Positions 56,094 to 64,000 of a stretch of 64,000 nucleotides of DNA are shown one piece after another; within the stretch, counting starts at the first letter, position 1, and the number at the start of each line of letters is the position of its first letter. The notes under the pieces are model-generated. The model saw only the letters and a list, made by a program, of their open reading frames with translations. It was not told the origin of the DNA and made no database searches. The stretch is from Octopus vulgaris. Taxonomy: Eukaryota. The stretch is taken from contig OX597825.1 of assembly GCA_951406725.2 (NCBI GenBank), positions 65,658,001-65,722,000 of the forward strand. Direction: 5' to 3'. Both the position numbers and the translations under genes were made by a program.

Positions 56094-56631
56094 AATTAGA
56101 GCCTTTCAATTATAATGTATATTTTTATCTATCTATCAATCTGTCTATCTATCAATCTATCTAGCTATGATCGATCGATCTATCAACACAACCACACACA
56201 CACATATCCAAAATAGGAAGAATAAGCAAAAAAGGAGTACTCCATCCAGTGAGAGATAAATATCAATTTAATACACAACTGAAAGAGCTACCAATAGTTT
56301 CATACTCTTATGATACTTTAGCTAGGCATATTTATGAAATACACCATGTACCTCCTAGCAATCTCTCAGGATTTGTTTATACATTATACAATTATACGCA
56401 TTTTGAAAACAAGGACGTTGGACAGTGAGAAAATAAGAAATAAAATGAGAATAAAAATGCAAAGAATGTTGATGCAAAATTGAAACGAGAAGAGAGAAAA
56501 TCAAGAAAACAAAGATCCCCATCCTCCCTAATTGCAGAAATCACAATTAATGCAGCTGGTATAGAACAAAGTAACAGAAAATATGTCAAAGTTTATGAGA
56601 GAGTAACTCAATCTGGAGCAGTTGGTATTCT

Positions 56632-57145
56632 TCAATTCAACAAAAGAAACTTATAAATGTGTTTGCACCTGCTCAAAGTTTCAGATCTAGAATTAAGCAG
56701 TGTGTTAGAATACTTGAATCTAAGAAGAATATAAGATCTTTTTGCTACACATAAGCTGCATTTCTTACATCCATCAACATATTGGCCAGGATTTCTTCAC
56801 TAGTATCCACTTGATTGTATATGGTGTGGAGTTGGTCTTCAAACCCCATACATGGCATGCCAACTTAGTTGCATTAATTTTGTTGATGTGCTGGAAAGAA
56901 GACAGGTGGTTTTCAAGCTTTGTCTAAATCACCTTCACATAACCCAACGTAAATCTTCTTTTCATTTGAGTCATCTTGAAATGTTGCTGTTAATTCTACC
57001 TTGTATGTGACAGTGTTTATCATACATACCTAGTCAAGTGGGCAAGCTTCAGTGTCTTAACAGTTACAGTTGGGATTGAACTCTTGATGACCTTTACAAG
57101 TTATAATTTTCTTCATACTGGGGCAACAGTTGTATGATATTTTAT
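56632..57145 (-). pseudogene. decayed PLE GIY-YIG endonuclease
   Basis: KISYNCCPSMKKII, NCNC*DTEACPL, KIYVGLCEG, NATKLACHVWGLK, CSLCVA, LLNSRSETLSRCKHIYKFLLLN*. Confidence 0.85.
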
Positions 57146-57605
57146 ATTGTCAAGTAATACATTCCTGGCTATAAGTTGTAATTAGTCAGAAAATCAGCAA
57201 CGGGTTTGTGTCTACCAATGGTAACTTTCTGATTGGTTATCTACTGCAATCAGGAATATACTATTTGACAATATATAAATATATCCCCTCAGATTCTCTT
57301 TTAGCTTTCTTCTTACTGACTTATGGACAATTGACTTGTGTGTATATATACAAAAATATATATACACGTGTGTAACAACCTCCTACAATCTGTATAAATT
57401 TTTTCTCTGAAGCTCAAGATGAAGTCTATTCAAATTTAGATATTTTATATTAATGCTACATTTTTTTCAAAAGACACATTTTTATCCAAAGACACACATT
57501 TGAATGTTTGTATATTTCATCAGTATAACTCATAGACCATTATATTTGGTAATATAAATATATATACATATATATTTATATACATGACCATACATATATG
57601 TGTGA

Positions 57606-57640
<35 letters not shown>

Positions 57641-57644
57641 CAAA

Positions 57645-57728
<84 letters not shown>

Positions 57729-57870
57729 ATATATATGTACATCACATATAGACATATGTTATATACACATATATTTGTACATGATTATTCTATAGTATTT
57801 TATACTTACATACACTTTCTGTTTGAAATATGTATCCAAATATATATATATATATACATACATGTATATA

Positions 57871-57927
<57 letters not shown>

Positions 57928-58496
57928 ATACTTATATATATATATATATATATACATATATATGTATATATATAAACACACATATGTATATACATGCATA
58001 TATATATTTATACACACACATATACACACACACTCAAACCCATGCACATATACACACACATACGTAAATCCATAGCATACACATATGTACATACAAGCGA
58101 AAATATGTGCTATCATTCAAATATAATGCTAAAAAAATGAATGTAACACATTTAAAAGTGTGACAGACACATTCATCTTATTTTTTTTTTAATATTTTTA
58201 CATGCAAATACTTATGTGCAAGAGTTGACCAATTCCTAAGAAAATATATCATCCTAAGTTAATGACATTATTCATATAAAAGTCTTTGTGCATTCTTATC
58301 ACAACTGGCCAAAACCTCACTCTTCATTTCTTCTGTGAATGATTCTGTTCATAATACGTTATGGCATTGATTAGAGACACCTGCTGAAATTGTTACAATG
58401 AACTTGTATTAACGATATAGCTATACAGTCAAAATATAAATATACAAAATAAAGGTTATATATGAATGAACTAAAAAAATATAACATAATATAATA

Positions 58497-58555
<59 letters not shown>

Positions 58556-58826
58556 GTGTGTGTAAAGAATTCTAGAGAGAAAACGTTGAATCTTTGAATT
58601 AACCTTTCATTTTCCTCAGAGAAGCACACACAAAAAATACTTTAAAAGATATCTGCTCTGCTTAAATTCCTCTGGAATATTCATTGAGTTTGTTTACTTG
58701 TTATTTTTTCCCTTTTCTTTTTGGAAGTGAAGCAAAAATATATATAAATATTTATTTATGATCTGTATCTTGTTTCTGTAAGTATGTACATACCTACCTG
58801 CATACACAAACACACACACACACACA

Positions 58827-58865
<39 letters not shown>

Positions 58866-58914
58866 TTACCTGCCTGTCTATTTAACTCTGAACATTAAAT
58901 GATGATGATGATGA

Positions 58915-58957
<43 letters not shown>

Positions 58958-58965
<8 letters not shown>

Positions 58966-59246
58966 TACTCATAAGGTATTGGAATCTTACATATATACCA
59001 TTCTGCCTAAAAAATAGATCTACAAATTCAATATCCCTACACATCTCACATCTATTTCCTTTCCTCCGCCTCACTCTCTATTTTGTATCCTATCTAAATT
59101 AACTATTACTTAACCATCCTCTCACACTGTCTCCGATGAAGGGATATAATTAATAAATACCCTGGAAACAGCTGTAAGGTATTCTATCTAAAAATGTTCT
59201 AATATCTACACAGCCTTGGTTTTTTTAATCTCATTACGCAAAGAAT
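58958..59246 (+). mobile_element. HHR-bearing pLTR-like unit between (TA)n tracts
   Basis: contains the HHR at 59129-59180. Confidence 0.65.
59129..59180 (+). ncRNA. minimal type I hammerhead (CCGAUGA core, U4C)
   Basis: GUCU-CCGAUGA-AGGG..CCCU-G-GAAAC-AGCU-GU-A-AGGU; palindromic ACAGCUGU stem III. Confidence 0.7.
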
Positions 59247-59269
59247 TATATATATATATATATATATAA

Positions 59270-59307
<38 letters not shown>

Positions 59308-59445
59308 GTAAAATCCAATATATATATATATATATACATACATGTATATACTTATATATATATATATATATACAAGCGAAAATATGTGCTATCATTCAAA
59401 TATAATGCTAAAATATATATATGTATATATATATATATTGGAGTA

Positions 59446-59476
<31 letters not shown>

Positions 59477-59889
59477 CATCATCATTTTCAACTGTCTTGC
59501 ATTCATTTTTGGCAATCTTCTATCACTCTTTCACTTGTTTCAGTCATTGGATTGTGGCCATGCTACAGCACTGTGTTGAAGGAATTTTAGCTGATCATAT
59601 CGATCGATTACAGAACTTATTTCAGTTTCATACTAAATTTATTGATCTCTTTCAAATGTCAAAGTTGCCTTTTGATGTAAATAGATAGCAATTGATGCCC
59701 TGTTTTACTCCATTATACAAAGACATACATACCCATATGTATGCATACGTGTATGTATGTATGGATGGATGAATGTATATAATTATGTATGTTTGTATGT
59801 ATATGTTCCACGTTGTGTGTAAACAGTTGCGGTGATTACAAATAAATGCTCCTTTGCACTTCCTGTTGACTCTAACTTATTCAATTATA

Positions 59890-59972
<83 letters not shown>

Positions 59973-59984
59973 TAATATTCCTCT

Positions 59985-60282
59985 ACTTGTTTCAGTCATT
60001 TGACTGTGACCATGATGGAGCACCATCGTTAGTCAGACAAATCGACCCTAGGACTTATTCTTAGTAAATCTAGTGTGTCTTTCTGACTGTGATTGTCCTT
60101 CACTCACCATCACTGTTTGACAACCAGTGTTGGTTTGTTTATGACTCATAATATATTGGTTCAGCAAAACAGACTGATAAAATAAGTACTAGGCTTAAAA
60201 AAAGTAAGTTCTGGAGTCAATCCGTTTGACTAAAACCCTTCAAGGTGGTGCTCCAGCATGGCCACAATCAAAAGAGTGAAAC
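59985..60282. mobile_element. SINE family A 3' fragments in opposite orientations
   Basis: tacttgtttcagtcatttgactg (-) and aaggtggtgctccagcatggcc (+). Confidence 0.7.
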
Positions 60283-61054
60283 ATTAAAAAAATTATTTTT
60301 AAATTAGCAAAATTCCTCTCAAAATGAGCATGGGAGAGAACTTTTGAAATTTGATTGACCAAAAATTTTAACAGTAACATATAAGTTGTATGAGTAAATT
60401 TGATATGTACTATCTGCGGTGTCAACCTTCAGGCAAGTTTTGGTGTTAATAAACCTCCTCAGTGAATCAGAGTTAATTCACAGTTACCAAGAACTTGGAA
60501 TGACTGTTATGCTAATGATGATAGTAATGATAACAAAGATAGTAATACATAATAAATGCATTTTTAAAGAAAGCAAATATTTTAGAATAATTAACCAGGT
60601 GGATCATTTCTTTGGACCAAGTGATGATTACATTGGCAGAGCTTGAAGACAAATATAACAATTTGCAAGTGGTAAACATGTAATCTAATAGCAATTGTAG
60701 ATTTAACAAGTAAAGCAGTGAGATGTGTATTAAAATATGTTGGATTATCTCCAGTGGATTAATCAAGGAGAAAAGAAGTTGGCACAGGTTGATGAACAGA
60801 TACGAGTAGATTGTCATCACAGACATGATACACATATGCCTCGTTTCGAGAGTGTTACTGTTGTTGTTGCTGTTAATGTGTGTGTCTGTGTGTGTGTGTG
60901 TGTGTCTGTGTGTGTGTATGCTTGTGCGTATATGTATCCCTGCATGTGTAAGTAGGCTTGTGTGAGGATTTGCATATGAGCAGGTATATTATATATATAT
61001 ATATATACACACACACACATATATATATATATATTACACACACACACACACATA

Positions 61055-61101
<47 letters not shown>

Positions 61102-61126
61102 TCATATATATATATATATAGGAACA

Positions 61127-61540
61127 GGCGTGGCTGTGTATTAAGAAGCCTGATTCACAACCACATGGTTTCGGGTTCAGTCCCACTACATGGCACCTTG
61201 AGAAAGTGGTGTCTTCTACTATACCCTCAGACCAACCAAAGCCTTGTGAGTGGATTTAGTTGGCAGAAACTGAAGGAAGCTCATCGTGTATATATATGCA
61301 TGTATGTATATATTTATGTGTGTGTGGTCTTTGTGTCTGTGTTCGTACCCCACTATCGTTTGACAACCAATGTTGCTGTGTTTATGTCCCCGTAACCTTG
61401 CAATTTAGAAAAAAGACCAATTGAATAAGTACTAAGCTTACAAACAATAAGTACTGGGGCTGGATTTCTTCGACTAAAACCCCTTAAGGTGGTGCTCAAG
61501 CATAGCCACAGTCAAATGACTGAAACAAGCAAAAGAATAC
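61127..61540 (+). mobile_element. SINE family A, full length
   Basis: head, internal microsatellite and tail. Confidence 0.85.
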
Positions 61541-61912
61541 AAAAAATGTATATATATACATATATGCACATGTACATGAGAAAGCATTCATGCATGTATG
61601 TACACAGATCATAGTACTGTATGCATATGCATTGCATGTGTGGGTGCATGAGTATGTACATGTGCAAGTGTATGTGTTCAGATGTATGTGTCCATCTTGC
61701 ATGTAGGACTGCATATTTTTTGTGAATTTGTATGTATATGCAGCTGCATTTCTGTTCAAAATTATCTCTAGGTATAGGCCTGCTCACACGCTGTTGATAC
61801 ATAGACAGATTACGTATATGAACTGAATATTCAAGCATGTGTGTGTCTGCATGGATATGTATATGATTATGTACATTGCCATACCCAGTGATAATCAAAT
61901 ATATATGACTAA

Positions 61913-62690
61913 AGGTGGTGAGCTGGGAGAAATGTTAGCATGCCGGGCGAAATGCTTAGCAGTATTTTGTCTGCCATTACGTTCTGAGTTCAAATTCCGC
62001 CAAGATCAACTTTGTTCTTCATCCTTTCGGGGTCGATAAATTAAGTACCAGTTACACACTGGTCTCAATGTAATCAACTTAATCCCTTTGTTTGTCTTTG
62101 CTTGTCCCCTCTATGTTTAGCCCCTTGTGGGCAATAAAGAAATAAGAAACATTAGTTAGCACACCGGGCGAAATGCTAAGCAGTATTTTGTCTTTACGTT
62201 CTGAGTTCAAATTCCACCTGGGTGAACTTTGCCTTTCATCCTTTTGGGGTTGATAAATTATGTACTGGTTGCATACTGGGGTTGGTCTAATCGACGGCCC
62301 CCTCCCATAAAATTTAAGGCCTTGTGGCTAGAGTAGAATAGAATATAAGAAGCTTTCTGTAATTAAAGGTGGCAAGCTGGCAGAAACGTTAGCACACTGG
62401 GCAAAATGCTTAGTGGTATTTCATCTGTCTTTACATTCTGAGTTCAAAATCCGCCGATGTCGACTTTGCCTTTCGTCCTTTCAGGGTCGATAATTTAAGT
62501 ACCAGTCGCGCACTGGGGTTGATGTAATCGACTTAATCCGTTTGTCTGTCCTGGTTTGTCCTCTCTGTGTTTAGCCCTTTGTGGGCAGTAAAGAAATAGG
62601 TATTTCGTCTGCCATTACGTTCTGAGTTCAAATTCCGCTGAGGTCGACTTTGCCTTTCATCCTTTCGGGGTCGATGAATTAAGAAAAGAA
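61913..62690 (+). mobile_element. tandem/dimeric SINE family B cluster
   Basis: four repeats of ttctgagttcaaa..ctttcatcc; central domain resembles the Meta/MESC SINE domain (recall). Confidence 0.8.
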
Positions 62691-63375
62691 TATATATGAC
62701 TACATTACTTGTGAATATGTGTGAGTATGTCTGTATATGAAATATATATATATGTGTATGCATATATAAGAGTAGTATGAGAGTGGTATAGGGATGGGTA
62801 GCACTGTAATTTAGACTGCATTAGGCTGGTTCTTGTGAACTATATTGTATTTGGTGAGAATTCAATAATGATTAATAATGGTGTTTGTATCAATGATGGT
62901 GATAAGGATGACAGTGAAGAAGGCAGTGAAATGGAAGAAGAACAATTTTAATTCCAATAAGTGAAAAAAAAAAACTGACAGCAACAACAATATCAGTGAC
63001 AAAATCAATTTGATGAACTAAAACCTAAACACAATTAATTAGTCTCTGTTATCTAAGAGTAAAGGTCCTATAAGATTAAAGCACAGGAAGGAGGGAAGCA
63101 AAAAGGAAAGAAACAGGAAGTTGTATAGTTCAAGACTTTCCCAGCAGGGGTCAGTTGCTTAGGTATTGAGAATTGTTTTTAACTTGGATCTAGAACAAGA
63201 ATTTCCACTCAGCCCTGTTTCCACTTCACCCCTACTGTTTTCCTGGAGATTCCTTCTTTGTATACGTCACTTGGCTTCTGAGAAATATAATTGAAGAGAT
63301 GACGAAGATGAGCTACAGCTGAGATGACATTAGTAACCATAGAAACAGATGGTATACAGATTCGTCTATGATGTC

Positions 63376-63419
63376 ATCTATCTATCTATCTATCTATCTA
63401 TCTATATCTATCTATCTGT

Positions 63420-63472
<53 letters not shown>

Positions 63473-63482
63473 CATGTATACT

Positions 63483-63556
<74 letters not shown>

Positions 63557-63573
63557 CATATGTATATATATAC

Positions 63574-63608
<35 letters not shown>

Positions 63609-63630
63609 CACATATATATATATAAATATG

Positions 63631-63661
<31 letters not shown>

Positions 63662-63695
63662 GTATGTATATATATATATATATGTATATAGATAC

Positions 63696-63758
<63 letters not shown>

Positions 63759-63790
63759 TGTATGTATGCATGTATGTATGTATGTATGTT
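63376..63790. repeat. (CTAT)n, (TA)n and (TATG)n microsatellites
   Basis: direct reading. Confidence 0.95.
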
Positions 63791-64000
63791 GCAGTCCAGT
63801 GACAAAAGCAAGTAAAAGATAAATGATAATATTTCGTTCAGCACTTGTACATCCCTTCTCTTGATAAAAGCACATCAACCCCATGTGACCATCTCAACTC
63901 AGCTCCACAACATCAATTAGAAATAATGAACAATTTTACATGCTTACAATGGCTTACGACAGAAAGAAACTCTATGTAATAAATAAATCTGCTAGAAACA

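Noticed and set aside
56284-56325. Possible HHR downstream of the minus-strand PLE remnant (GAAAC..GUA-GCUC)
   Set aside because: The CUGANGA box is not recognisable; too degenerate to call.
60550-60860. Spectrin-repeat-like peptide LDYLQWINQGEKKLAQVDEQ
   Set aside because: Upstream frames contain stops, there are no clear splice sites and the resemblance is weak; a BLASTx search would be needed.

Overview
Very AT-rich, microsatellite-saturated, non-genic (intergenic or intronic) eukaryotic DNA. The SINE repertoire resembles that of octopus, but this attribution is from recall and has not been verified. No host protein-coding gene can be supported, and nearly all ORF-track entries are microsatellite or SINE translations. 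The window is a transposon mosaic: three abundant SINE-like families plus two rarer tRNA-headed SINEs, four remnants of Penelope-like element (PLE) GIY-YIG endonuclease coding sequence (one uninterrupted, 1447-2103), R4/Dong and RTE LINE remnants, a non-autonomous Helitron, a HINE/Helentron-like element, and piggyBac- and Tc1/mariner-type MITEs. The most notable hidden signal is about 11 minimal type I hammerhead ribozyme (HHR) motifs plus half-motifs from at least 7 distinct sequence families. They sit in short, often fold-back PLE pseudo-LTR-like units inserted into (TA)n tracts. Some carry recurrent non-canonical catalytic cores (CUGUNGA, CCGANGA), and the inversion breakpoints cluster inside the ribozyme. 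All motif calls were made by eye.
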